From assembly GCA_050084985.1 (NCBI GenBank), contig JBITNC010000001.1:99820001-99884000 (forward strand): a stretch of 64,000 bases of DNA, in the 5' to 3' direction. Source of the stretch: Nageia nagi. Its lineage: Eukaryota; Plantae; Pinophyta. Position numbers and translations under genes: made by a program. The notes under the pieces are model-generated. The model was not told the origin of the DNA. It searched no databases and saw nothing but the letters and a program-made list of their open reading frames with translations. Positions 51,767 through 63,112 of this stretch are shown here, one piece after another; positions within the stretch are counted from its first letter, which is position 1; every line of letters starts with the position of its first letter.

Positions 51767-52264
51767 TGTTAGAATTTGTAATGAAATATTGTGAATATCT
51801 AAACTCCTTGTAAATTCAATTAATCACTTAAGGGTATGTAGATACCTTAAGAGATTAATTGAATTCTTTAATATGTAGACTTTGACTTTACCAAAGTGGT
51901 TAGTTGGTAGGTTGAAGTTTGGTGATACATTTAATGTAACCCTAACCTTACCCTTGGGTTAAAGTAAGGTTAGGGAGGTGCTCTCAAGCTATAAATAGAG
52001 GGCCTCTCCTCTTGTAACATATCTAAGTCTTGGAGTAAGATTACTCTACTTGGTTGTGTAGGAGAGAGCAAGAGAATAGTTGTAAGAGAGACATAGATTG
52101 AGAATAAGAGAACTAGTTGTGGATGTACTCCCAAGGAGGGAGGAACCACATTATATTGGTGTCATATTGTGTGAATGATGTTCTTAGAATTATAGATGAT
52201 GAATGATTTAGCTTCCTAGTCTAAGGTCCTAGAGGATTTGTTTAAATCTAGTTCAAATCCTTCA
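51767..52264 (+). mobile_element. Solo LTR (498 bp)
   Basis: TGTTAGAATTTG...TCCTTCA with TSD ATAGA (51762-51766, 52265-52269). Contains CTATAAATAG. Same family as 29338. Confidence 0.9.
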
Positions 52265-52520
52265 ATAGACTATTGCAATAAACAATTCATAGTCTAAGAA
52301 GAACAAGTGCATGAGGTACTTTTTAATGCCCCAAACTTGAAATATCGATGATGTATAGACTACTGTGATGGATAACTCATAGTCTATAAAGAGCAAGTGC
52401 ATGAGGTCCTCTTTAATGCCCCAAACTTGTAATATCCATGATGTATAGACTACTATGATGGCTAACTCATATTCTATAAATACCAAGTTGATAAGAACTT
52501 TTAATGACTTAATCTTGGGA
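52265..52520. repeat. 90-bp tandem repeat (~2.7 copies) in the 3' region of the Ogre-like element
   Basis: GATGTATAGACTACT at ~52350 and ~52440. CAAGTGCATGAGGT...TTTAATGCCCCAAACTTG is repeated. Confidence 0.8.
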
Positions 52521-55500
52521 TATCCTGTAAAAATGAGAGATTTGCTTATCGAATGACCATGGCTTATAAATAATTATTAGTAGCATAATGAACGATAACA
52601 TTCAATTTTTGTCAATATACCAAATATTTAAACATTTAGTGACCTTGCATTTTAATATTTCAATTTGCATAAATTTTTGAAGTAAATCCACATCATTGAC
52701 AATGTGGTATGCCTAAAATTCAATGATCATGTATTCAACAATTTTGATCCTTATCTATAAAATATTTCATATACACGAAAAAATAATCGACATGAGTAGA
52801 TATGCAATAAAATTTCAATATGGCCTAATTACAAATAATTTATAGCAATTGCACATCATTGGTAGTGTGAGGTTTTTCATATCAAGTGCAAAAATTTGAA
52901 ATATATTCAATTTATGATCATGTATATCATTTTGCATCATATCATATTTGAACAACATTACCATTTGTCATAATAGTTTCATGATATAGCATGAATGAGC
53001 AATATTTGACTGTATATTCAATTTGTCCTTCCATCATGTGTAAAATCAAAAGAAGCATTATTTAGAACTTTTAAGAATATGCAATCATATTATATATTTG
53101 AAAGTACACACAACTATGTCTTTTCCATACTGCTGGCAGCGTTTAAATGGATGACTACATCTTCTAGATAAATAGCGCATCCAATTAACAATAAAATATG
53201 AATTTTCAATCATATAGCAGTGATAAATCATGAACAATTTCAAAAATGAAAAATTATTGTGCAATTTAAATGATATTGATCTTTAGCAATAAAAATTCAT
53301 CATTTTCAATAATTCAATAATCAAAGTGATCATTCAATAAAATATGTAGCAATAAAAATTAAAGTAGCTCATTTAGAATTGCTATAAATTTTAAAGAAAC
53401 CATGCCGTTGGAGGTATCCATTTAACATAAATAAATTTAAATAGTGCCAATAAACAATTGTTAATTAAATATGCACTCTAAAGTAGGCAAAGGGATGATT
53501 TTACCATATGAGAACATTCGAGCAGAGATCGAATGACCAATTTGAAGAAAAGCACACTACTGGTGGCATGAAAGCAATAAAATAATTTTTTGAAAAAGAG
53601 ATCATAGCCTAGTAAAATGATTTCAAATCTAATGCATACATGAAATAATATATCTAAGAAATAATGACACAACAAGAGAATGCTTTAGAGTTTATGTGGA
53701 AAAGGGGAGATATATATACAAATCATTTGAATTTTTTCATTTTATTTTATTTTTAGTTGTCATTATCTTATGCTTTGGTGATTTTGACCTGGCGATACCC
53801 TATGGACTTGGCAACTTTATTATGCTCCCATTCACCATGTAGACTTGCAAGAGGTGCCCCTAGTGTTGAGTTTCATTACCCTTGGGTTTTGTAGCATGAT
53901 GGGTTCTTAATCATGAGACTTTTGGTGCCATTTGATTCTTCTTTGGTTGACTTACCTACTATCTCCATCTAACGTACCAACCTTCCCCTGATAGGAATAC
54001 ACTTTGAAGGTTGGTACACATTTGCTAACCTAGCCACTCATTACTTCCAGTCATGATTGCCCTCCTTGGTTAGCCAAAGTGCCAACTACAGTTCGAGATC
54101 CAATAGGGAATCCCATAGGATCTAGTGTTTTACCATAGATATATGGTAGAGAGAGATGCACCTACAAGGGTGCAGGTTATACCAGCATGAAGGCTTACTT
54201 GGTAGGAGCCTTAGACACATGATGTGATAGTTAATGTTTGCATGGCATCAAGAGTAGTTTAGGGGTATGCCTCATGGTGTCATAGAGTCCATCCTATGAA
54301 TTTAGGGATGGATGAAGATGAGGAGGAGGAGATATTATGAGTGATGGGTATTCCAAGGATGACCCTTACTAGGTTAATAATCTAATGCATGACATTCCTA
54401 TGTAGAAGGGGGAGTGGCTCCAGGTTGGCCATGCAAGTTGAGGTTGTAGCACCAGGTAAAAATACTAACCACACACATAGTTTTGTTAAATTAATATATA
54501 TGACTAGTGAATTAAAAATGTGTACCTTATGTGTAGGAGAGATGGAGGCACGAATTATGGTCCTCTAAGCAAAAAATGAGAGGCTCAAGCCTCTTGAGGT
54601 ACAGGTGGTAACTTTGCAAGCCAACCTTACAACTCGAGATACACAGATTGCTACACTAGAGCAATTTGTGAAGATACTACAAGAGAGGATGGTGATGCCC
54701 CCACTAAATGAGTAATGGGCATCCATGCAGAGCCAAATGGATAAGATCAAGTAGAAGAAGCACAAGATAGCCACTCTTAGGATGAAGTATGATAGGGAAA
54801 TGGCCCTATTGATAGATTAAGGCATTACTGTTAGCGGTATATCAATGGAGTATCAGTATTAGGGGATAACGATAGAAACCAAAGAGTGAGGTAGAGGATA
54901 AGGGATACTACTAGTAGTGGGAGTAGTGCCCACCAGTAGCTAGGCTAGTTTTGGATCCACCCCATATTGTAACATTATGATTCTTTTATATATATATGAT
55001 CTTTTTGGCTCAATTTTAGTTGCATTATGGATGAATGTGAATGTGTTAATTTATATTTGCACAATGTGTTTGTATAAAATAATAAACAACAAAGTACAAG
55101 TTTCAATAATAAGCAATAAACCATTTAATGAAGAACCATGTATGCAATTTGTTAGTTTTAATGAATCCATAAAATGAACTCCAACAGATATCATTGTAAT
55201 GTCAGATATTAACCATGATCAATCACTAAAAATTCAAACATGATAATGAAATAAATAAGTAAACCTCTTAGCTAGATCCCAAGGTACCACAACGAATAAA
55301 CACCAATTTTTCTTTGTTAACCCTATTGAATCTATGTTTTTCATCATTTTAATGAGTCATGAATGAACTAAGCATCAATGAAATACTATTATTTTTTATT
55401 ATGTCTCGGGAAATACATGCCATTAGTGGCCAAAAAATAGAGGGAATGTTGCTATCAGCATGGGACTGAAGCACAACAATGATAAAATGAAGAAACAGTC

Positions 55501-55855
55501 AAAGAATAATTTTTAATGGCACCAAAAAAAGATAATAACACATTCATACAATGAGTAATAATTCATAATGGCTAGACAGATAACAACCCACCTAATGGAC
55601 ACTACAATTATATCTTTTATGATTTAAGATATAATTTTATATACCTAGGATGATTTCACAACTCAGACACACTTTGCATATGCAATAACAAAGAGAGGTA
55701 CCCTTGGTTTCACTTTTTGCATGCTATGGATGACATGATGGTAATGTTGTACATCATTAGTGGTGTCCATTTCCTTTACTTTTTCATTATTTGGTAACTA
55801 CCATTTTTGCATGAACATTTATTACCAAAATAATAATTCAAACAATCTGAAGTGC

Positions 55856-57486
55856 TTACCATGCCAATATATCCTCTCGATTGTAAAGGAGGTAGGGATT
55901 TGTGAATACATCAAGTTCTCCATTATCTTGATGTATGGGTCCATCATTTATGACAATATTATCATCCATTATGATTACCTCTTTATCAATGAAGTCTTGA
56001 ATAATATGCCTTAAAGTCTTGCAATTTCTTTTTAGATGTCTAGGTACCTTGTGATAATTGCAAAATTCCTCATATCTAAAATTCTTAGGCACACCATTGG
56101 GAAATTTAAGCTCAATAATAGGTGGAAGCTCAATAATGTCTTCTTTAATTAATACATTAAGAATATTATCAACAATATCAGTTAATGGTGTAACCTTTCT
56201 TTTAGGTTTTTTGTTAGATTTTTGCTTTTGGTCAAATTATTCACTTCAATTTTATTATTATTTTTAGGATTATTAACCTTATTTTCACACATTGGAACCT
56301 TGTTATCACACATAGCATACAAATTTTTAATACATGCCTCTTTTTTGAATAAAACATCCATTATTTCACCTAATGTGATATTGTGGTTAGAGATAGCAAA
56401 TAGTTTATATATAGGCAACAAAGCATTTGAAAAAGTATCTTTCAAATGTTGTTTAGGTATAGCAATATTATTAGTAGTTAATTTCCATACTTTCATGAAA
56501 TCAAATACAAATTGATTAGGTAGTTGCTTAATTTTTCTCAAATCCTTAAATTGAACTTTTCTAGCAATATTATATTTGAACTACTGTAAAAATTGATGAA
56601 TCAAATCCTCATATCTATCAATGCTCTTTTCAGGAAGGAGAAAGTACCTTTTTAATGCACCATCTTTCAAACTATGCAAAAATAATTTAGCAAGAAAATC
56701 TCTATCATGCATATATTCCATAGCTTCTTCCTGAAATTTTCTAACATGCATCTTAGGATCTTGCAGACCATCAAAATTTGTGAACTTAATACTCTTCTTC
56801 CCAGTAAGTACTTTGGATATGATTCTATTAGTTAAAGGTCTTTTTAAACAAAACAAGAAGTCATGTTCATCATTTCCAACCAATTCTTCTTCTAGCTTTT
56901 TTATTTTCTCCTCAGTTGAAGTATCTTTTAGGGGTGGTGGAGGGGTTTGAGGTGGAACATTTGCATTTCTAATTTTATTTTATTTAAACACAAAAAATGG
57001 ACCTATTCTATTCACCCTTTCATGTTTTATCTTATCAAGCAAGTTTACTAGGAATTCTATTTGCTTCTCATAAGGTTCTAAATGATAATTTACAATATCT
57101 TGAACTTCATGGAGGATCCTAGCTTTGATATTGTATTCTTATAATGACCAATCATGATGTTTCTTATAAGTATCATTAATAAGATTTGTAATTTGTTATT
57201 GAAATTTAGAATCAGAATCATCATCTTGGATAATATTCTTACCTTTAGCAAACTTACCTCTTTCGAATTGGTCAAGTTTGAGAATTAGGTCTTCATAATC
57301 TTTGTCATCATCATTATCATCCACACCACCATCCTCAACATTTTCCTCGCTTGAGGGTTTTATTATAGATTCATCCATTGTAGGAGGATCTTCCTATTCG
57401 ATCTCATTCATGTTGCTAGCAGCGTGTTCACAAATTTGAACACCATCAATTTCATCCTTTGTGGGTGTTGATTGAGATTGTGTAAT
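55856..57486 (-). pseudogene. gag remnant
   Basis: IKFTNFDGLQDPKMHVRKF...AKLFLHSLKDGALKRYF...YEDLIHQF, and knuckle-like FCNYHKVPRHLKRNCKTLRHIIQDFID. Confidence 0.82.
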
Positions 57487-57636
57487 ATGTGCGCCTGGAA
57501 CAATCTTAACCAAAGTAGTTCACGAACAGACTGTAGGACGCAGCCTGATCTCCGGAGAAGGCCGGTTCCTTATCCATTGGGCAGAGAAAAAGTAACAGGA
57601 AAGAGATAAAAAGAGTAGGGAGCGAGAGATTTAAGC

Positions 57637-57708
57637 AAAAGGATAGGGTAACAAGAAAGGAAGTAAAAGGATAGGGTAACAAGAAAGGAAGTAAAAGGAT
57701 AGGGTAAC
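57637..57708. repeat. 28-bp tandem repeat (~2.6 copies)
   Basis: AAAAGGATAGGGTAACAAGAAAGGAAGT repeated. Confidence 0.85.
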
Positions 57709-58249
57709 GAGAGAGAAAGCAAAGGGGTAGATCACTAGTTCAGCGCGGGCTTTCGCAGTGTGCGAAACCTTGGCCTGAATCTAGTGTCGCAGCCACAGAA
57801 CAAGTCCTCACTCTCTGAATAGCTCCCCAGCTTCTACTCTACCATGTAGCAGACACAGTTATACTAGCAACCCGCAACTATTACTCAGGAAACAAGCTAA
57901 GCTGCCACAATGTAACCAAATTAAGAATAACAATTACGAGTGCTAGACAAGAAAGGTCAAGATGGTTTCATAGTACCGGACTGAAGCTACAGGTCTTCGA
58001 GAACAAATGAAAAGGGCAATACTAGGCTTCCGACCCTAGTTTCTCTTTATTTTCATATATTTATACTGTGTTAATAACAGTTACAAAATTACAGAATAGA
58101 AACGTTTACAAAACGGCCGCAAGATTCTGGCCTTCTTGAACTGATATCACCTACATATGACACTTGGCCGGCTGTTACAAAATTGGGCAGATCGCCGACG
58201 ATTCGATTCCCTGATGATTGTACTCAGGCATCTTGCAGACTTACTCTCT

Positions 58250-58760
58250 TTCGGGATTTCTTAATTCTATGGCTCAGGCTCTTCAATCTTTCTTTGCGGG
58301 CCTATTTTCCTCCGAGACTCGGTTTCATTCACCAATATTAATCTTGTTTCTTTCCCCTTCGCCTGACGTCAGCCTTGAATCTCCGGACTTCTTCATTCAC
58401 TGGCTCCGGACACTAAATTACTCCTTGATGATGTCATCCATTCTGGGCTCCGGTTTGCTTTATGAATGCAAACTTCATATTTCCTTGTGACGTCACCTTT
58501 GAATCTCTGGAATTTCCCGCTCGCTGGTTCCGGATACTAAATTTCTCTTTGCTGATGTCATCTGTTCCGGGCTCCGGTTCTTATTCAAAATGTGAACGTC
58601 ATTTCGCCTGTGACGTCATTTTTCTACCCTCCGGAATATTTTCCTTTATGGCTCCGGATACTAAGTCGCTACCTGTCGACGTCATCTCCTCCGGACTCCG
58701 GTTCCATTCAAAATGTGAACGTTGTTTCCCCGTGACGTCATTATTTCATTTCTCCGGAAT
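58250..58760. repeat. ~123-bp tandem repeat (~4 copies) rich in TGACGTCA and TCCGG motifs
   Basis: TGACGTCA at 58364, 58488, 58611 and 58733. Variants TGATGTCA/CGACGTCA at 58429, 58553 and 58677. Confidence 0.88.
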
Positions 58761-59093
58761 GCTTTGTTTGCTGGAGAACTTATGCTGACTTTATCTTTTC
58801 CGGAACTTGGTTTTCACCCCAAAAAATAATCATCTTATCCTCCGCACGTCTCCACTTTATTCCGGAAAACTTTACTCTGACTCCGGGCTGCTTTATCTGC
58901 TCCGGAAAAAACTCCCGGAGATCTTCGAATGAATCCGTAGGGGCAGGTAGAGTACACCGTGGCTTTACTTCAAGGATTTATTATGGAGGAATCTACATTA
59001 TGGTGACTTCTGGGGGGAAAATTTCGCCTTTATCAAGGAGGAATTTAGAACCCAAACCTTTATTTCCATGAATAAAAAAAAATGGACTTGCCT

Positions 59094-62000
59094 TCAGTTC
59101 TGTAGACTCAGGATTTGCTGGACTTTACTCCAGTCTGCTGGGATCCCGGAAAAATCTTTTAGCCTCGCATGAGCTAAGGCTGTATGGTTCAACACTTCGT
59201 AAGATACATTGGCATGTTTCCTCAATAATTGCTGTATGCGAAGTCCGCCGTCAGCCAAAGAATCAAAGAATTTTACGAAATTGGTTTCGTCAAAGGAAAC
59301 CAGGAGCGTATCGACATCATCAGTACTTTGAATCCTATTCTGTAGACTATTCAAAAACTCAGCCTCCGAGACAAGCGAGCCGTTGCTTTTCCATAACTCT
59401 GGGATTCCGGACGCATTCAACCCTTGTATCTCTGATTTCAGATTTTCCATTTCTTGCGTCCGACGCAGGACATTACTCCGGATCTCCTGACAAACCCATT
59501 TACCCCTCCCTGGGTAATCAATCGCCGACATGAGCTCCACTCGGTCACCAATGTTATATGACTGCAATTTCTCATTCGAGAGGCTGTTTAGTCTTTTATT
59601 TGCCTGCTTAGCCTGTTCTGAAATGGGGTTCAGAATACTTTCACATCTTGTGACCTCAGCTTCGAGCCTTTTGAGTTCTGATAAACATGACTCCACATAG
59701 TCCCTTAGATGAATTAAGTCTTTGACTTCCTGCATCCTCAGCTCCCAAAATTTTTCTTTTGTATTTAACAGAAAAGATTTGTCTACTTTATTTGCATTCA
59801 GCTTTGCTTGGAGTTCCACCATGTTAGCGTTCAGACTGCTGATCTCCGCTACTCTGGCAGTTATTTCCGCATCTCTTTGAGCGATGATAGCATCCTTTTG
59901 GCTCAGCTTATCCGCTGTAGGAGCCATCGCTAAACTAGTCTTCAAAATTGATATATTATTCTCCGCAGCCTTCAGTTTTATTTTATTCGTGTCTAATTGC
60001 TGCTTCATGGCTTCATGGGCCTTTTGCAGCTTATGGTATTTGACCTCTAACTTGGTAAGTTCTGATATGTTGAGATCGACAGCTGTTTGTAGGAGCTCGT
60101 TCTTATCACTCCTAGATATGCTGCGGGTGTCAATCTTCACCCGGGTGTTCATGGATGACAGATCACTTAGCCCTTCTTGTGGATCCTGGACAATAGCCAT
60201 TTCCAGCACCTTATGCTTCGGATCCATGGATGTCCGGAACCTTACCGGATTTTCCGGAAGTGGAAGTTTTTTCGCTTGCTTCTGCATCCATGACTCCTGG
60301 CCTTGTTTCATCTGCTGATACTGCTGCATGATGCCATCCACGGATACCTGCTGCCCTGATATCATGATGAAGGGGGATCTGGCGCTCAACTCCTGAGATG
60401 AAGCGGCTACGATCTGTTGAGCTGGTGTCACGGGACTAGCTTGGCTGGCCCCTGGGTTACTGCTTCCGGAAAGATCCACTGCAGGAAGTGTTGAGATAGA
60501 GAGAGGAGCGGACGATGGAGGTGGGGAGGGTTGGGGTGATGAAGGTATTGTAATGATGCTTGCGAGGGGAGGAATTTGTAGAATGGGTGTAGGAAGAGGG
60601 GGGCTCTGCCGTTGGGTGGACGGTGGTGAAATGAGAGATGGTATGTGTGCAGCTGGAATAGCTGCTGGAATTGGGGGAAGGGTGATGGAAACAGAAATGG
60701 GAACAGTATGAGCCGGCAGAGCAGAAGAAAGAGAAAGAGGGGAAGAAGGAGTAGGAAGCGTACCTGAGGGCGTCGGGCTCCTCCTTCTCCTTTTAGGTGG
60801 TGGCGGTAGTGATGCCTTCTCCATCTGTGTTTTCCTTTTGGCCATGTAGACTCTTTCTGGCCTCTTAGTCGCCGTCTCCGTGGAAATCTCCCTGATTTCC
60901 TCCTCATGTTGCTTTTCCCGAGCTGGTGCTTGAGACATAGCATGCCCCTGCTCTTCACTGTCATCAGAATCTTCACCCGTAGGAACTTCTGTGGGATGTT
61001 CCAATTCCCACATCTCCTCAAATTTGTCGTCTAGATCAGATTCTAGAGGAGTGTTCCTATTCCCAGACTCAATCCTGTACTGGGTAAAGGCAGCTATTTT
61101 TTCTTCACTCCATCTCTGATCTCTTAGTGTTTTCAAAGCCTTTTTTGAGATGGAGTCGGTCTTTAGGTCAAAAACGGCTTTCCTGTTATAGAAATTCAGC
61201 CATGGCGGTAACAAGTCCTGGGTGATTACGGCGGTGGGCATCACCTTGTCTTCCTGCTCCGGATTTCGCCACTTAAGCAGCTCTGGTTTATTTTCGGCTC
61301 TAAAAGCCGGGGAATTGGGTTGGCTTCTCAGCTTCTTGCCAAAAATATCCTCTGGATCATATAGACAATATGAGCTCAATTCCTTCAATTTTAGTTTCAA
61401 TAATTTGCCCCTTAAATAGTCGCTTGCTCCCCGGCTTTGGAGCACCAGGTCATGCACTTTGTGGGGGAGAGCATAGACTCCTCTCTTTTTGGCGGCAGCT
61501 CCGTATTTGGAGTCAATATAATCCATCTGTCTGGCGTATTCCACACTGAAAATCCAATCAGTCACATGAACTGGTAGCAAAAACGGGGCCCCGGAAAACC
61601 CATACAGTCTTATGAAAGTCCCATTTTCCGCAAAAAACCAGTCCCCGACCTCTCCATGGGGCATGCGGAGGTATAGTTTGGAGGCTGTTGATAACCTCAG
61701 AACTGTGGGGGTTAATAGACCCATTGCTGGAACTAAAAATTTCTCCACAAAGGAGTAGTAATTTGCCGAAGACCTCACCTCCTCGGTCCACTTGTCCACT
61801 GGCTTCTGAGACCCATCTTCATTACTCTGGACCAGGGTTAGATTTTTGAAAACCTCGGCATTTTGATGAATCATCATCCAGACAATGTATGATGTATAAG
61901 CGAAATGAAATCCATCGCCAATCCTTGCTAGCTGTTCCGATATTCCATCCGAAAGGGCACTAGACCAGTCATACATTGCGGGAGAAACTGGGTGAGAAAT

Positions 62001-62576
62001 CCGATAAGCTATAACTAACCTTGAAGGTGAGACATATCTATCTGTTTCCTCCCCTGCTGCTATGGCTAGCATGGACAATAGTAATTGCAGATGTGCAGAA
62101 AAGTTTGAGAGTGGGAGTTCAGAACTGGGGAACTCTCTAAACTTTGCGGAACCGGCTGTATTTTTATTTAGCCAAGCAGTGATATTTGCTCTTAGGTTGG
62201 CGCTAGGTGTGATATACCAATCAATTTGCATGAGGGGAACCATAGGAGGGGGTGGACTGAAAGCCTCCGCTATTGCAACAGAATCCAAATTTAGGATAGT
62301 TCTACCTTGCAAGTCTCTGACTCTCCTAGTTGCAGGATCGAATGCCCCTCTTATGATTTCTACCAACTCGGGAGCAGGAAAGCATCTATGAGGGATGAAA
62401 TGCATGAGACCCGAACCCATTGGGGAATGAGCTATATGATTGAAGCTGAAGTTTGGGCACTTACCTTCCGCAGTGCCCTTGGGGTTCTTGTTCGGGGCTG
62501 TAATCTCCGTATCCCACAATAACTCCATGGAATCTGATACCTTCTTTGCCGTCTTCGCCACTGATCCTGAGCTCAT
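59094..62576 (-). CDS. Intact 1,160-aa retroelement accessory protein of unknown function (copy C)
   Basis: Uninterrupted ORF. First ATG is 62576 (the track start 62612 is TTG). Conserved N-terminal ~430-aa domain homologous to copies A and B, acidic tract, NLS-like PKRRRR, Pro/Ser-rich linker, long heptad-like C-terminus. No RT, RH, INT or PR motifs. Confidence 0.88.
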   Translation of the reverse strand: MSSGSVAKTAKKVSDSMELLWDTEITAPNKNPKGTAEGKCPNFSFNHIAHSPMGSGLMHFIPHRCFPAPELVEIIRGAFDPATRRVRDLQGRTILNLDSVAIAEAFSPPPPMVPLMQIDWYITPSANLRANITAWLNKNTAGSAKFREFPSSELPLSNFSAHLQLLLSMLAIAAGEETDRYVSPSRLVIAYRISHPVSPAMYDWSSALSDGISEQLARIGDGFHFAYTSYIVWMMIHQNAEVFKNLTLVQSNEDGSQKPVDKWTEEVRSSANYYSFVEKFLVPAMGLLTPTVLRLSTASKLYLRMPHGEVGDWFFAENGTFIRLYGFSGAPFLLPVHVTDWIFSVEYARQMDYIDSKYGAAAKKRGVYALPHKVHDLVLQSRGASDYLRGKLLKLKLKELSSYCLYDPEDIFGKKLRSQPNSPAFRAENKPELLKWRNPEQEDKVMPTAVITQDLLPPWLNFYNRKAVFDLKTDSISKKALKTLRDQRWSEEKIAAFTQYRIESGNRNTPLESDLDDKFEEMWELEHPTEVPTGEDSDDSEEQGHAMSQAPAREKQHEEEIREISTETATKRPERVYMAKRKTQMEKASLPPPPKRRRRSPTPSGTLPTPSSPLSLSSALPAHTVPISVSITLPPIPAAIPAAHIPSLISPPSTQRQSPPLPTPILQIPPLASIITIPSSPQPSPPPSSAPLSISTLPAVDLSGSSNPGASQASPVTPAQQIVAASSQELSARSPFIMISGQQVSVDGIMQQYQQMKQGQESWMQKQAKKLPLPENPVRFRTSMDPKHKVLEMAIVQDPQEGLSDLSSMNTRVKIDTRSISRSDKNELLQTAVDLNISELTKLEVKYHKLQKAHEAMKQQLDTNKIKLKAAENNISILKTSLAMAPTADKLSQKDAIIAQRDAEITARVAEISSLNANMVELQAKLNANKVDKSFLLNTKEKFWELRMQEVKDLIHLRDYVESCLSELKRLEAEVTRCESILNPISEQAKQANKRLNSLSNEKLQSYNIGDRVELMSAIDYPGRGKWVCQEIRSNVLRRTQEMENLKSEIQGLNASGIPELWKSNGSLVSEAEFLNSLQNRIQSTDDVDTLLVSFDETNFVKFFDSLADGGLRIQQLLRKHANVSYEVLNHTALAHARLKDFSGIPADWSKVQQILSLQN

Positions 62577-63112
62577 TCTTGTTCGCTTGGCACCTTGCGC
62601 TGTGCTTATCAACCTTCTTGGGCCACTGCTTATGCCTCAAACTCGGATTCTCTTGCTCTGTTTCACAGTTCCTGGCGATGCTCAGTAAGCGCTAACTTTG
62701 CAAATTGGTGAGCCAAAACTTTCTATGAATACTAGCATATAGGTGTCTTGGTAAGTAGTGCTCTGGGTCTTTTAACAGCTCACTTGAACGCATGATCTTT
62801 CGAAGCGAGGGAAATCAACTCATGACAGCCGCATTAATAACTGATTTGCCGTTTTACGATCTTTTCGGGAACCTTGGGATTTGATTGCATGTACCCTCTT
62901 GGAAACTTTTAATTCTGCCGGCGCAAAAAGGTTCCACTACTATTTACGTTACGCTAGTAGTAAATTACTGACAACAACCGCTCGAAATAAATGCAACATC
63001 ACACTATTTACAATATGTATACAAATCAAATTCCTTCTTCCCAATGGTCACTTTCCCGCGCTGGTGGGCTTCAGAAAAATTACTGTGTCCGCTGGTGTGG
63101 AATTCATCAAGT

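Larger units (their letters stand above)
50638..57487 (-). mobile_element. Old Tat/Ogre-like Ty3/gypsy element with no visible pol (3' LTR 50638-51368), interrupted at the gag start by element C
   Basis: LTR TGTAGA...TCTACA (731 bp). Minus-strand PPT CCAAAGAGGGGCAAAA abuts the LTR. Gag remnant at 57486-55856. Confidence 0.78.

Noticed and set aside
59001-59018. TGGTGACTTCTGGGGGGA as a tRNA-Arg-like PBS implying plus orientation of element C
   Set aside because: Imperfect match. Gag, the large ORF and the TATA box all point to the minus strand. Left unresolved as an LTR boundary clue.
60428-61021. 197-aa alternative-frame ORF and antisense ORFs over the large ORF
   Set aside because: Shadow frames of low-complexity coding sequence with no independent motifs.
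59094-62576. Host gene or retroviral env
   Set aside because: Intronless, embedded between gag and LTR-type sequence, with decayed homologues in other TEs. No obvious signal peptide or C-terminal TM anchor, and it has an NLS-like motif. Not verified with predictors.
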